Origin: Podarcis muralis
Lineage: Eukaryota
Length of the DNA: 64,000 nt
Direction: 5' to 3'
Assembly (NCBI RefSeq): GCF_964188315.1
Contig: NC_135655.1
Location: 71,424,001 to 71,488,000, forward strand
Shown in pieces: positions 46,401 to 58,169 of this stretch (the first letter of the stretch is position 1; the number at the start of each line of letters is the position of its first letter). The notes under the pieces are model-generated. The model had not been told where the DNA came from and ran no database searches. It was given only the letters and a program-made list of their open reading frames with translations. Both the position numbers and the translations under genes were made by a program.

Positions 46401-49400
46401 TTGGTTATTGAACTGGCAGGACTTTACTGAACTGAAATATCATTTTATATGCTTCCTTTCCAGCCATTTCTTATTTGATCAACATTTATGAGAAGGGACT
46501 GAGATCTGTGCTTCCTTTGAAAACTTTTATAATACATGTTTGAGCTGCAGCTTTCATGACAACTTCTTCTATGGGGAATAGAACCTGACTAAGTTCTACC
46601 TACCCTTATGTTATGCCCATCTGTTAATAAGAGTGGCATTGTAGAATGATCCAAATGGTTCTTGACCATGTGTAACATATTGTTTCATTTTTGTTATCAC
46701 CTCTGCTGACAATTTAGGAATTCCTACTGAAGATGTTGACATTAATGGATGATAGATGTGTGCTTTTCAGTATGTATGTGTGTATGGGGGGAAATAACTA
46801 GATTTTGAAGCTTTTCTTAGAAAGGTAATATGGATTTATTTGGCACAATGTGGTTGCAAGAAATGCCTATCTAATCATTTGCATCATTGCTTTTTCTGAT
46901 CAACTTACAGGGAAGTAAAGACCAGTTGAAAGAGGTGTGGGAGGAGGCAGATGGACTGGACCCCAATGATTTCGATCCAAAGACTTTTTTCAAGTTGCAT
47001 GGTAAGGAGCATAATTTTTTTCCTGTAAAAAATTAAGCAACTTAAGTGATACTCTTGGGATTGCCTTCTCTGGAGCAATACCTTCATCATGTGACAACAA
47101 AGAATCTCAAGTAAATTAACATCGGTAGTAGGATAAAACCCCATTATGCGGATCAGGGCTGAGGTGATACAATTTATCAGACAGTGGAGTTCTAATTCAG
47201 CATTTTCACATTGGGGTGTCCCTTTTGTACTGGAGTTTATTTACATGTGTATAGGTCCTTGTAACACAATTTCCATAACTGGTGGGCTTGTTGCACTTAT
47301 TTTCATTCTGGCACTATTTACCTCAACAGTCTGTAGTCCATACTGAGGAAGAAAATAATAATGTTTTGAAGAAGGAATACAACTTAGATTCATTTTCAGT
47401 TTGCCTTGTATTTTTAAAACTCATGGCAATCACCCTTTCAAGGACTTGAAAACTAGTCTGGTAATTATACACGTCCTACTGGACAGATTACTCAGTCTTT
47501 TGAAGGTTCTTTAAAGTTGCAATAAGCAGAATTTCCAAAACCGTTAAAGAATCAATATTCAGATCTGGGCAAATGGGCCAGAGCTTAAAAGGCTATGCTC
47601 TGCAAAGTAAAACCCTCTTTTGCTTTTATTGTTAGGAAGTAAGTCTGGGCAAGGTTGTCCCAGCTGCCCTCCAGCCACTGGGACTAAAGAACCTGTAAAA
47701 TATCAGGAAATGGGACTGAGAGTTAACCCTTCCTCATATCTCTTCTCTATTTATCCCTGCTATTACACCTTAGAGTTGGGCAATGGCTGTGTGTGGCAAA
47801 GTGACTTTATCAACATTATAGTGTTGTGACAAATGTGCAGGGCTGGGCAGATCTGAAGCAGATACATATAAAGAATAGTATCTGAGACAGATAGTTAATT
47901 CCTTTCTAAGTTAAATAGCACCAACAATTTCTAAACAGCAGTTAGGCTCTGAAATCTTACAAAGGTCATGGATGTTCACACCCTTGTTTAACAAGCCCTT
48001 GCTTCAAAAGTTAATTATTAAAAGTCAAGCTGCCATAATTTAATGCAGATAAACATGATTCAATATGCGTGTGGCTGAGTGGGATCTTATCAAGGGGAGA
48101 AGGGTAAAGACAGGCAATGTATGAATTTTGAATATATTCAAGGCTATTTATGTATTAAGATTTTATTTTGAGCTATGTTTTGGTTTCCAATTTCATTATA
48201 AGAGAATGGAAGCCTGAAGAGCAGAATTGTCAATGCCTCTAAATTTTCTTTGCTAATAGAACTCAAAACCAAATAGTCAACAGCAACAGTCTGGTCAGTA
48301 GCTAAATAGAAAAATAAATGTGCTGTGCTAAAATATTTTGTTAGATTAATCAAGTTGGGATTGTAGCGTGCTACAAGTGAATTAGACCTGGTGTGCATGA
48401 GTGTGCTAATGCTTCAGTGTTCTATATTTATATGCATTATACTTTTTATAGATGTCAATAATGATCATTTTCTGGATGAGCAGGAGTTAGAAGCCCTGTT
48501 TACTAAAGAGGTATGTGATGCACATTACATGGAAACTCTTCCTTACAATTAGTTGATATTTAAGGACTTCTTTCTATATAAAAATGGCAGCACTGGTTCT
48601 ACCACATGTGGTGGGAGTGTGGAAGGGTAAAACAGTTCTGGGAGAAGGTATATACCGAATTAAAAAAGATATTAAAGTACACGTTCATAAAGAAACCAGA
48701 AATCTTCCTATTAGGGATATTAAGACAAGAGATAAAAAAGGAGGATCGTAGACTGGTATACTATGCGGTTACGGCAGCAAGGGTCCTAATAGCCCAGAGG
48801 TGGAAACAGCAGGAAACCCCAACAGTGGAGGAGTGGAGATCTAAATTATCGGAATATGCAGAGCTCGATAAATTAACGGGGAAAATTAGATATATAAAAG
48901 ACCAAGTGTTCATTAAGGATTGGGGAAAATACGTAGATTATCTGGAAGGTATTAGTGAAGGTCAAATAACGCTAAAGGGATTTAGAGATGTACTGTGATA
49001 GATCATGGTTATTGTGTAAGGAAAATAGAGAACAAAATTGGATACAATGACAATATAAACGATGAAACGTGTAACTTTATTTATTTGCTTCGAATGATTC
49101 GCGGCCAAGCTGAAGGAAGTCCTGAAAGAAACAGTTATGTTATAGGAGAATTGTGAAAATAAGAATCTTGTGTACTTTCTACTTATTTCTTTGTAAGTCT
49201 TCTCTTTCTTGTGTTTCGTTTCTTTTATCTGTGTGTTAATTTTTGTTTCTTTTTATGGAATAATTAATAAAAAGAATTTTGAAAAAAAAATGGCAGCACT
49301 GGTAATATTTATGTATTCACCAAAGATGTGTTAAAGGCTATTTAAAAAAAACAAACAAACCCAGGTCAATTATTCAAGGAAAAACAATATATTCTGGAGC

Positions 49401-50054
49401 AGGGAGCAATACGAGATAGTTACTTTCAACACTTTGAAAGTCCATTGCTAAAACCTATAGATGCAAGGGCAAAACATAAAAACTTCATACCAGGAACTGA
49501 TGCCATTTACGAAATTAGCTATTGATTTCATATTCAGGCTGGGACTAGCTACCTGGCATGCATATTTCCAGTATCTAGGCATAGAAATGCAAGGGGCTTT
49601 TACATATCTGTACATACAGAGTGGACCAATGCCCGAATGTCTTGGTAAGTTCAAAATTTGGAAAGTTGATATACTGGTCCAGTCTGAAGAGGATAAGCCA
49701 AAAGACTTCAATTCAATTCAAACTGATTATGTACCAATACATATTGTATATTGGCATAAGAAGCAGTAATTTCTTGATTTGAAAACAGAAGCCAACTCTG
49801 TTTGACGTATTTATATAGTTAAACAATAACAGGGATGGATAATCTCTTTCAAGCATATTCCTTAAGTTCAGTGATGTATTTGCTTCTGTTTTAGCTAGAG
49901 AAAGTCTATGATCCCAAAAATGAAGAAGATGACATGGTAGAAATGGAAGAAGAGAGGCTACGAATGAGAGAACATGTCATGAATGAGGTGAGGCCAAAAC
50001 ATCACTCTTTTATAAATAATTGTAGTAGGCAAAACCCTGCTGTTACCACATTCA

Positions 50055-50096
<42 letters not shown>

Positions 50097-53000
50097 ACTC
50101 TTCACACCCTAATGTGTCTATATCCCTGGTCTGTTCCAGGCAGCTGCTAGTGGAAATATGAAATTCTCACATAAGGATGGTGACAGTCACAGTGACAAGC
50201 AATTCTAAAATGTTATCACTAGGATGGCAGTGTCCTTTGTGGTGGGCACTAATGCATTCTGACCCTTAGACATTAAAAAATTAGGACTGGAGGAAATACA
50301 CATAGTTGCTTGGTAACATTGTATAGTATTTTCAGTGAGGAATCCAAGCTTTTGAAGAACTCTCAAGAATTAACTGTGTGGACCTTACATAGGAGAAGCC
50401 CTTTGAACACATTAGGACTTACTTCTGAGTACCGTAAACATGCTTTGGATTATGCTCTGAGTGAGTGTGTAGGAGGGGAATTCATTTCGCCACACTGAAG
50501 ACTTTGTTTTCAGTCATCATTTCCCCCTCAGAATAATGTGGTGCCTGTGCTGTAACATTAAAATACTGTATCTTTTGAAAATCTTTTGAAAAGCTGAATA
50601 CAAATGCAAGTACCTAAAGTGTACTTATCCACTTGTACCTCTTATAAAAGGTTGACATCAACAAGGACCGGTTAGTGACTTTGGAAGAATTCTTGAGAGC
50701 TACAGAGAAAAAAGAGTTTTTGGAGCCAGAAAGCTGGGAGGTAATCCTGCCATTTTTAAAGTAGAACATGCTGCAACCACCATCCTGACCCAAACCACAA
50801 GTAGTTGGTTTGTCTCAAGCCTTTGATTCTCTTCCCCCTTTCTTTGTTGTATTTATCTGTGCTTAATTATTAGCAACTTTATCAAAATAAAATCTGAACA
50901 GTGAGTCCAAGGACACTGTGCATACGCTACTTTATGGGACAATCTTAATGTTTGTGCAGGCGTTTGAAATAGAATAAGCACAGGCATTTTGACTGCAGTA
51001 TTCTTTGAACAGAGCAGTCAGCGATTTATATTGGAAATACAGAGAGAGAATTGTGTTATCTTTTTTATAAAGTCAGGTTTATGCCATTTCTTCGCAGATC
51101 CTGAAAGAAACTGAGAACTGTTAAGTAACTGTAATGCTGTCATGTATGCCTGGAAGCTGTCTTCCTTACAGCAATATCTCTATAAGCACAGAATGAGTTC
51201 TCTTTGGCAAACAAGATTCACATTGCACTTCACATTAAGTGAGAAAGAGTGTGGGGAAATTCAAGCACAGCAGCATAGAGCAGATAATTGCGCTGTAACA
51301 CAAATACAATCCATATGCATAAGCAGATTTCCATTCTTATTATATTTATTAAACTTATTAGTTGCTTTGTGTTGCTCAAGGCAACCCAAAGCAACCCAAA
51401 ACCAACCAACCCCCCCAAAATTCCTCACATAAATACATTAAAACAAAGTGGGGGGGGGCACTTTCTGGACCACGGCTTATGTATGTAGGAAGGTGGGGGT
51501 GGGGTGGGGAGGAGCAGAGGAAAACATACAGCACCAAAAAGTGTGAGCATACTGCTCCTGTATTGTGTGTGCACTGTTCAGCAAATGATCACTTCTTGAA
51601 AGTCTGATGTTGTCAACCGTCTTTAAGAAGCACAGATCTTCCTATACTGTACAGAAGATTCCTGGGGAAAGTGTTTCTGCTGGCAGGAGGTCCTGCGTGG
51701 ACCCTCTTGTGGGGAAAAGCTAGGTAATGCTGCAGGCTGATGATTTTCCTTATCACTCCAATGGGCAGACCCTTAGTCTTTTCAAAGTCAAGTTCCTGTC
51801 AAGGTGTGTGAATTGTGCATGGACAAAGATCAGGAACTTGTTAGAAAAAGGAGGGGCGCTTGAGGAACCTTGCTATTCTACCCCCCCCCCTTTTCTGCTA
51901 AGAATTTAGCTAGTGTAAAATGCTTCTCTTTATCAAAACTTCGGATCATCATAAAAAATATTGTATCTTACACACATATTTCAAAAGGTGGGTCTATAGA
52001 ATAATTTGTGAATTGCTTCTTAATTTTTTCAACATTGAACTTTCTTTGAGGGGTTTGTGTTTTATTCTTGTTGTTTTTAAGACCCTGGACCAACAACAGG
52101 TCTTCACTGAAGAGGATCTGAAGGAATTTGAAAGTCACATTTCCCAGCAAGAAGATGAACTGAACAAGCAAGCACTAGAACTTCAGAAAAGGAAAGAAGA
52201 ACTACAGAGGCAACATGACCACCTTCAAGCTCAGAGACAAGAACTCCAGCAGGTACCATCTGAATAGCTGCAAATTTCCTTTGGTTATAGATACGGAATT
52301 CATTGTATTTATTGTTTAGTAAGAACAGAACAAATATATCATTTCTTGTTCTGAAAGTATACTGTCTTTGGAATGCATGTTAGCTGGGTCTGCTGCTTAG
52401 ACATACCAGACCTCGAAAGGTTGGAGTGATCTTTTAGGTATTGTGGTCCTAAGCTGCATAGGGCTTTATATACCAGTACTTGTACCAATAGCAGCACCTT
52501 AAAAATAGCTTGGTTGCCAATTGGCAGCCAGTGCAATTTTTTTTAGCAGCAGTATAACATGATGGTGATATTCTGTGCTAAAGAACTGTAAACTTGCTTC
52601 ATGTTGCACAGTACTGAACTACATTATTGGATTTGGGAGGACTTGTTCCAGAGAAAAGAAGTATCCATGCAAAGCTGAGTTTATTTAAGAAGGCATTTTG
52701 TTGCAGACTTTACTGTGATACACAAGAACTGTATGGATGTTCATATTCAAAGATATGAACATATATATAGCTTTATTGCATGAAATTAACACCCCAATAC
52801 ACCTTGGATTACCTATTTTCCATTTCATTCCACATACATTTGTAACTGCCCAACAGGCTGTCCAACAAATGGAACAGAAGAAGTTACAGCAAGGACACCC
52901 TCCTTCGGGACCAGGTGGAGAACTGAAATTCCAGCCACGTATGTAAATTAATTATTCTCTTTCTCTCTCACACACATATTATTGATGATGGTGTTCATTG

Positions 53001-53802
53001 CTTGTGAGAAAAACTATTTATGCCCTCAGTGCGATACAGAACCAAACTTATAGCTTGGCACTTAATATTCTACTGCAAAATAAGAGAAGGAGCCTGCCAG
53101 CCCATTAGATTGGAATGTAACGTGTTTGAACACTTAGATGCCTGAAACTGAACCCTTACCCAAATACTTTCCTTGCCAGATAATTCAAATGAAAGAATCT
53201 ATCATGTTTTACTATGAAATAGGGGCACCTTTCATACAAACTCCAAATATATCTCTTAGCAGCTGTACATGAAAGAGAGAGATATAATTTGGGCAAGTGT
53301 GTCTTTGTATGTGAGAGGGGGGAAGGATGCATTTTCATAAAAGAGAGCCAGCTGGATACCATTGACAATGGAGCTATAAAATCTTACTGCACATAAATGA
53401 ACAAGCAAATACTGCAGACCTTCTTTGTTCTCTGAAAGGTGATTTTATGCAAGGGGAAAAATATATAGTACCATAAATATGTGGAATTCTGCTCTTAATA
53501 ACCTTTGGGGACGTTTTGACTATATGTGATTTCAGCTTTATGCATAATCCCCCGTAATGTAACCCCCATGTAAAATTTGAGTCTACTATAATATGTAAAA
53601 CCACACTTTCTGAGATTTGGATTACCAGGTAATTGTTCCACAGAACTAACCTTTGTTTTTCGTATTTTGTGTTACAGCTGCATCACAACCAGTTGGAAAT
53701 GTTCAAAACCATCCTGCGGGAGGCAGTCAGCCTTTACCACCAGGAAGCATACCAGTACAAGAAACAGCTGCAGGATCAGATCACGTTCAGTCTCACCCTT
53801 AA
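25320..53802 (+). CDS. NUCB2: NUCB2, nucleobindin-2 / nesfatin-1 precursor, complete multi-exon CDS (predicted 1401 nt, 466 aa)
   Basis: Exons 25320-25340 (inferred start), 35233-35376, 36244-36351, 37962-38088, 42020-42123, 46101-46286, 46911-47001, 48452-48510, 49895-49987, 50651-50740, 52082-52252, 52857-52938, 53678-53802. Phases are consistent. Signal peptide, [10 protein letters not shown] nesfatin-1 start, KR and RR processing sites, two EF-hand loops and a coiled-coil/leucine-zipper region. Confidence 0.97.
25935..25980. repeat. Compound (CA)n/(CG)n alternating purine-pyrimidine tract
   Basis: 46 nt uninterrupted alternation. Confidence 0.95.
29870..30212 (-). mobile_element. L2-like LINE 3' fragment
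   Basis: Reverse complement of the 17736 tail plus upstream LINE sequence. Confidence 0.7.
30349..30596. mobile_element. Tigger/pogo-like MITE (diverged left end)
   Basis: agcggtaccttggttgtc ... gacaaccaaggtaccactg-TA. Confidence 0.8.
31640..32290 (+). mobile_element. LINE 3' fragment, RTE-X-like
   Basis: ORF 31659-32039 with YL..L...RAF...RF...PSA.LEGRY..IP...R.C.C (decayed C-terminal finger), then AATAAA-like tail at ~32280. Confidence 0.65.
33121..33262 (+). mobile_element. tRNA-Ile-like SINE with CR1-type 3' tail
   Basis: gatagctcagttggttagag...gcaggttcgacccc head; gggttggactggatgatcctcagg...caactctacagttctgtgat tail. Confidence 0.72.
33452..33693. mobile_element. Tigger/pogo-like MITE
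   Basis: TIR cag(c/t)ggtacctcgggtta, TA flanks; inverse copy at 43275-43515. Confidence 0.87.
35233..35376 (+). CDS. NUCB2: NUCB2 exon: signal peptide and start of nesfatin-1
   Basis: 144 nt, [24 protein letters not shown]|[24 protein letters not shown]; tttcag / gtaagt. Confidence 0.96.
36244..36351 (+). CDS. NUCB2: NUCB2 exon (nesfatin-1 mid-segment)
   Basis: 108 nt, [36 protein letters not shown]. Confidence 0.97.
36414..36657. mobile_element. Tigger/pogo-like MITE
   Basis: TIR cagtggtacctcggttttc / gaaaaccgaggtaccactg. Confidence 0.85.
36690..36897 (+). mobile_element. CR1-like LINE 3' end fragment
   Basis: gagaacaggatgttgggctagatag...ggtctgctccagc...ctcttatattct tail; related inverse fragment at ~30700-30830. 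Confidence 0.5.
36920..37520 (+). pseudogene. RTE/BovB-clade LINE reverse transcriptase internal fragment
   Basis: [15 protein letters not shown]...[11 protein letters not shown]...[46 protein letters not shown]...QGC; frameshifts in the 5' part, stop after QGCVI. Confidence 0.9.
37962..38088 (+). CDS. NUCB2: NUCB2 exon (end of nesfatin-1, KR site)
   Basis: 127 nt, [42 protein letters not shown]. Confidence 0.97.
39046..39396 (+). mobile_element. Sauria SINE
   Basis: Full length; tggctaaaa duplicated on both sides. Confidence 0.9.
40470..40600 (-). mobile_element. tRNA-Lys(CTT)-derived SINE with CR1-type tail
   Basis: Reverse complement of the 22855-23008 family. Confidence 0.78.
42020..42123 (+). 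CDS. NUCB2: NUCB2 exon
   Basis: 104 nt, (D)[34 protein letters not shown]. Confidence 0.96.
43061..43229. mobile_element. Short MITE, CCGTATTT-type
   Basis: TA-ccgtattttt ... aaaaatacgg-TA. Confidence 0.85.
43275..43515. mobile_element. Tigger/pogo-like MITE
   Basis: TA-cagtggtacctc ... gaggtaccactg-TA; inverse of 33452-33693. Confidence 0.87.
44539..45200. mobile_element. CpG-rich non-autonomous hAT-like element with internal inverted array
   Basis: Ends caggggcg / cgccactg, 8-bp flanks cctccggt / gctctggt (6/8), repeated 49-bp unit in +,-,+ orientation. Confidence 0.7.
45733..45968. mobile_element. MITE, sister of 1638-1897
   Basis: TA flanks, same internal sequence with a deletion in the left palindrome arm. 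Confidence 0.87.
46101..46286 (+). CDS. NUCB2: NUCB2 exon (RR site, basic region)
   Basis: 186 nt, [43 protein letters not shown]...HPKVNHP. Confidence 0.97.
46911..47001 (+). CDS. NUCB2: NUCB2 exon
   Basis: 91 nt, [30 protein letters not shown]. Confidence 0.97.
48452..48510 (+). CDS. NUCB2: NUCB2 exon (EF-hand 1 loop)
   Basis: 59 nt, (D)[19 protein letters not shown]. Confidence 0.96.
48598..49286 (+). mobile_element. 5'-truncated L1-clade LINE insertion
   Basis: Open ORF2 C-terminus (YHMWWEC...EEW...W..Y; ORF 48606-48998), 3' UTR, AATAAA at 49266-49271, short A tail, 17-bp TSD aaaatggcagcactggt. Confidence 0.9.
49895..49987 (+). CDS. NUCB2: NUCB2 exon (acidic region)
   Basis: 93 nt, [31 protein letters not shown]. 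Confidence 0.97.
50055..50100. repeat. (TC)n(AC)n compound microsatellite
   Basis: Directly visible. Confidence 0.95.
50651..50740 (+). CDS. NUCB2: NUCB2 exon (EF-hand 2 loop)
   Basis: 90 nt, [30 protein letters not shown]. Confidence 0.97.
52082..52252 (+). CDS. NUCB2: NUCB2 exon (leucine zipper/coiled coil)
   Basis: 171 nt, [27 protein letters not shown]...QRQELQQ. Confidence 0.96.
52857..52938 (+). CDS. NUCB2: NUCB2 penultimate coding exon
   Basis: 82 nt, [27 protein letters not shown]; caacag / gtatgt. Confidence 0.94.
53678..53802 (+). CDS. NUCB2: NUCB2 terminal coding exon (long C-terminus)
   Basis: gttacag acceptor; phase 1 gives (P)[40 protein letters not shown]. The QPLPPG motif resembles recalled long NUCB2 C-termini. 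AATAAA candidates downstream at ~54429 and ~56242. Confidence 0.82.
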
Positions 53803-56800
53803 CCACACGTGCCTCAAATTTGTACCATAGTTTTGGGAGAGAAGTGGGAGGGGATGTGGTCAGAGAAGTAAAAACAAATTGGGAATTGAGCTTAAAATCC
53901 CCATTTCAAATCATTGGATTCATGAAGACTTTCAAAGGCACAAATGATACCAGGCAGGTTTATAAAGCTGCCGATCTTTCAGGTGAGAAGGGTATATTAA
54001 AATATTCTAATTTTGTAACTAGATTTAAGGATATCATCCAGATTTTATCCTCAGGAAAACATTATTGTTTGACTTCAATGTAATTTGGCTGGCTGTCCAT
54101 CATTTGTGCCTTGGAAAATCTCCACCTACTTCATGGTTAAATTAAATATGTTTTATAATCTGCCAGAAGACTCACTGATGAGGGAAAAGCTAAGAGGCGC
54201 AAATCTTTTACTTTTTTTTGTAAATGTTCATGATGCTGACAGTCTTGATTGTCGGTGGGTGTAAAGTGGAAGTTTGCTTGATCAAGACACAAGTCTATGA
54301 CAATATTTTCCTAAAAGTGCCAACAATGGAGAGCAGGAATTTAGGATGGGTGTAGTGAATGAGGGTGCCCCCCCCAATCTCTTTGGTCTTTGAGACCAAA
54401 TGCATAGAAACCACCTGTGATCTGATTTCAATAAATTCTGCACATAAAAAAGGAAGTCTAATTGCAGCAGGGCGTAATAGGCAATAGTGAATATGCCTAA
54501 GAATGCCAGTATAAGAAGCCTTCAACAGAAATAGTGAATTTGAAGTGTATTGATTTAGCCATCCGTATTGTTGCAAACCGAATGCAGTGTGTCAGCTGGC
54601 TACATCCCCTGCAAGTCAGCTATGAAAAAGATACTTTTGTCCTACTTCCTTTCATAATATGCCAGTTGCATTTATCCCTTTATGAGCTATGAAAACGAGC
54701 TCTTTTGATGATAAAGTATATTTGCAGAATGAGCAAAGACCTCTCATTGTCTTTTCCTGGACAAAACAGCTTGGCTCCTGCTGTAAACGACTCCTTTGAA
54801 AATCATCAGTATGTTACAAACAGCAGTTCTCAGAAGCTGCATTCTGAGTTTAAGCTAAAATTAATTAACACTGGGTATGATTACCTGAACGTTAAAAGGC
54901 ATGCAGTTTAGATGTGGATATTTTCATGGAAGCCTGAAGCCGGCATCTTCAATAATAATTCAAGTTTCTCCACATAACCCTTTGTTTTTCTGTGAACTTG
55001 GCTAAGAGCAACATGGCTTTAAGAGTTCTTTACCATTTTAGCTCAAAAACAAGCATCCAGTTCATTACAGCTGAAACCCAGTTTATCCTTTGAACATGAC
55101 TCCTAAAGGCATTCTTTATTCCTGTGTTATTCCTACTTGAATTTTGATTCAAAGACTACTGAAGCAAATGGAATGACAGTGGCATTAAGACTGGATACAA
55201 AGTATTTAAAAATGAGGTCTGAAAACTACATTCATTTAGGACAGTATTTTTTTCTGATGGTTGTGCTGATGGGGCAGAAGTAGGAGGTGGCTATTAAAAT
55301 ATTGAACAACTGTAATGATTTCTGTTTCCAGGAAATTGGCCGTTTTGCTATAACAGAATTATTTATATAGGGCTTCAAGATTTACAAAAGTTAGGGAAGG
55401 AGAATTTGGTGCACAGTTTGCATAAGACTGTTAAGCATGTAGTGGATACTTGAAAAAACCTGTGCAGGTTTTCTCCCTGCCCTTGATGAACCGGTAGTGT
55501 GTGACTACTGCCATGCACCAAATTTTCCTTTAATAAAACCACAAATGTCATAATATGAGCACATCTCAAAACAGATAGCAAATACTCACAGGTGGCTTCT
55601 TGGAGTCAAAGAGGCCAGGTGGGCAGCCTTTCCATGGAACCAGCCCATGGTCAGAGTGGCCTATGAACCAGTCCTGTGCTTCCCTTTTTCCAAGTTCCAT
55701 TATCTTAACTGAATTTTGCCGCGTTGCTTCTTGTCATCTCCTACTCCTGCTCGGTGTCAGTCACTCTTTCCTTTTTATGGTCCTGAAATGAATATGGCAA
55801 TGTAGTTCTGATCTATAGGCTGAATTGTCGTCCTGTAGCCCTAGACTTCTTTTTCCACAGCCCACGATGGCCAGTAGAAGAGCCAGCACAGGCAACTGCA
55901 ACCATGCATGGTGCCTTCCTAGTTGGATTATATACAAGGTGCGATGGAACAGGATTATTGGACTGATACCCACGACTTAATTCATATTACCCGTACAGGA
56001 GACCCTACATGAGAATCAAAAGAAGTTCCTGGAGGAAGGCTATTTCTCTACAGTTTTACTTGAAACAGTACATTAGACAGCTGCTTAAATACAGGTTGTG
56101 ATCCTTGATTGAGGCTCACCTAATACAATTGTTGGAAAGTTATCTTCTGTATTTTGTTTGTGGCCTCACAAGTATATACAGACCAAAAAAGCATTCTGTC
56201 ATTAAATTTTATGTGGCATACATCCCTCTTTTAAGATTATAAATAAAATCACATGACAAAAATAAAAAGTTGGGTTGCAGTATGATTCCAAAAGCTTATT
56301 GCATTTTATAATCAAGAAGCTTTAAAAATGTTTAGGATACAGAATTTATGGTGTTTTGTTTATCACTACTGTGAGCCAAACCACGTTCTACAAGGAAATA
56401 TGGCACAGTCATGGCTGTGTATGGGCCAGGCTATTCAAACTACTCCATAATTTAAAATGCTTATAAGAGGCTATGACCATGCTGAATGCAGATGATATCA
56501 GACACAACCAATGTGTCTGGAAGAATTAAAATAAGGTTCCTATAGTATTACTAATCTAACATTAAAAATGAATCTGCAGCTTCTGTTCAATTGTTTGTTT
56601 TATAAACAAATCTTATGCTTGGGACTTTCCCCCACCCCCAAGTATAAAACTATGACACAAAAAGTATTACCAAGTTGCAATGCTAATCACTTGCCTGGGG
56701 GTAAGGCCCATTAAATCGAGTGCTGACTTCTCAGTAGACCTGGTTACTGTTTTTGTATGGGGACAGAGAGCTTGGCAAAGATTGTTCACTTCCCTTGGTA

Positions 56801-57035
56801 AGAGGCAAAATTCCTATCCTGCAAAGTTTTCAGATCAGAACTCAGTGATGCCAGGCATGGTTTGCATGGTGAAATTCCCAGGTTTAATCATTGTTGTCTC
56901 CCCAGCTAAAAGAAATTAGTCCTAAACTTGGTATAAGACATAATTTCCATGGTTTGGTGCTTCATTCCTAAATGCATTTTCTTCAAAGTATTGTTCATTT
57001 GTTTTTAGTGCCACTTATTTCTCTAAAAAGGAATA

Positions 57036-57332
57036 CAGTGGTGCCTCGCAAGACGAAATTAATCCGTTCCGCGAGTCTCTTCGTCTTGCGGTTTTTTCGT
57101 CTTGCGAAGCACGGCTATTAGCGGCTATTAACGGCTTAGTGGCTTAGTGGCTATTAACGGCTTAGCGGCTTTAAGAAAAAGGAAACAAACTCGCAAGAAC
57201 TCTCAAGACATTTCGTCTTGCGAAGCAAGCCCATAGGGAAATTCGTCTTGCGGAACGACTCAAAAAACGGAAAACCCTTTCGTCTAGCGAGTTTTTCGTC
57301 TTGCGAGGCATTCGTCTTGCGGGGCACCACTG
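57036..57332. mobile_element. Tigger/pogo-like MITE
   Basis: TA flanks, TIR cagtggtgcc(t/c)cgcaagacgaa; internal (ggctatta/ggcttag) mini-array. Confidence 0.87.
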
Positions 57333-57489
57333 TATTTAGGATGGTGGCCCAAGTCTCATGAAGGCTGTTTTTAAACTCCATTTTGGTTTATGACATGGAG
57401 ACTATGTTTCCTTGTCCTTCACCCTGCCTCACATTGAAACACTTCAGCAAGAGTTCTTTGGCACATAGCCACTGCCCATGTAGCTCTGT

Positions 57490-57592
57490 ACTGTCTACAC
57501 TGGCAGGCAGTGTCTCCCTCAGTCCTACCTGGAGATGCTGGGGTTGAGCCTGGGACCTTCCACCTGCAAAGAAGATGCTCTGGGCACCCCAA
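57490..57592 (-). mobile_element. Decayed tRNA-derived SINE fragment
   Basis: ggagatgctggggttgagcctgggaccttc...caaagaagatgctct reads as an antisense tRNA-like head. Confidence 0.45.
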
Positions 57593-58169
57593 CAGATGCA
57601 TAGTATAACCAAGTTGTACATATCTGTGTTATTTCCAGTGCAATATTTGTATGCAGAACGTTGTTTCACCCTTACTTTGTATACATGAGGTATAAATTAA
57701 ATTGAATTCATAGTCAGTTGCTTTGGGTCCTCCATGACCATCTTCTTCCAGTGATTGTTGTGGCAGCGTTGTTATGTTTGGCAGAATTAAAAACAATAAC
57801 ACTGTAGATCATAAACAAGGATGTTTAACATTTATTATTATATTTATTACATTTATTGGTTGGTTACTACAGAAAATGTATTGAAGCAACCAACAATTGG
57901 AGAAAAACACAGAGCTTATTTGTTGTCAATGTGAGACAATAAACCAGAAGCCTATATGGGGGGGAGAGAGACTTGGAGCATGAATTGAATACTCAGGACT
58001 GTAGGGGGCTATGGGTTGAGATTTTACTTAAACTCAAGATTAGGCTTAAGTTGAGCTGTCAACCATCTGTGAGATTTGCTGAGGTGCTGTGCCACTTTGG
58101 TTTTCTGTTTACCTCCTGTATTTTAACCCGGTTTACTCGTGAGCACTCCTCAGCTGCCTGAGAAATGAG

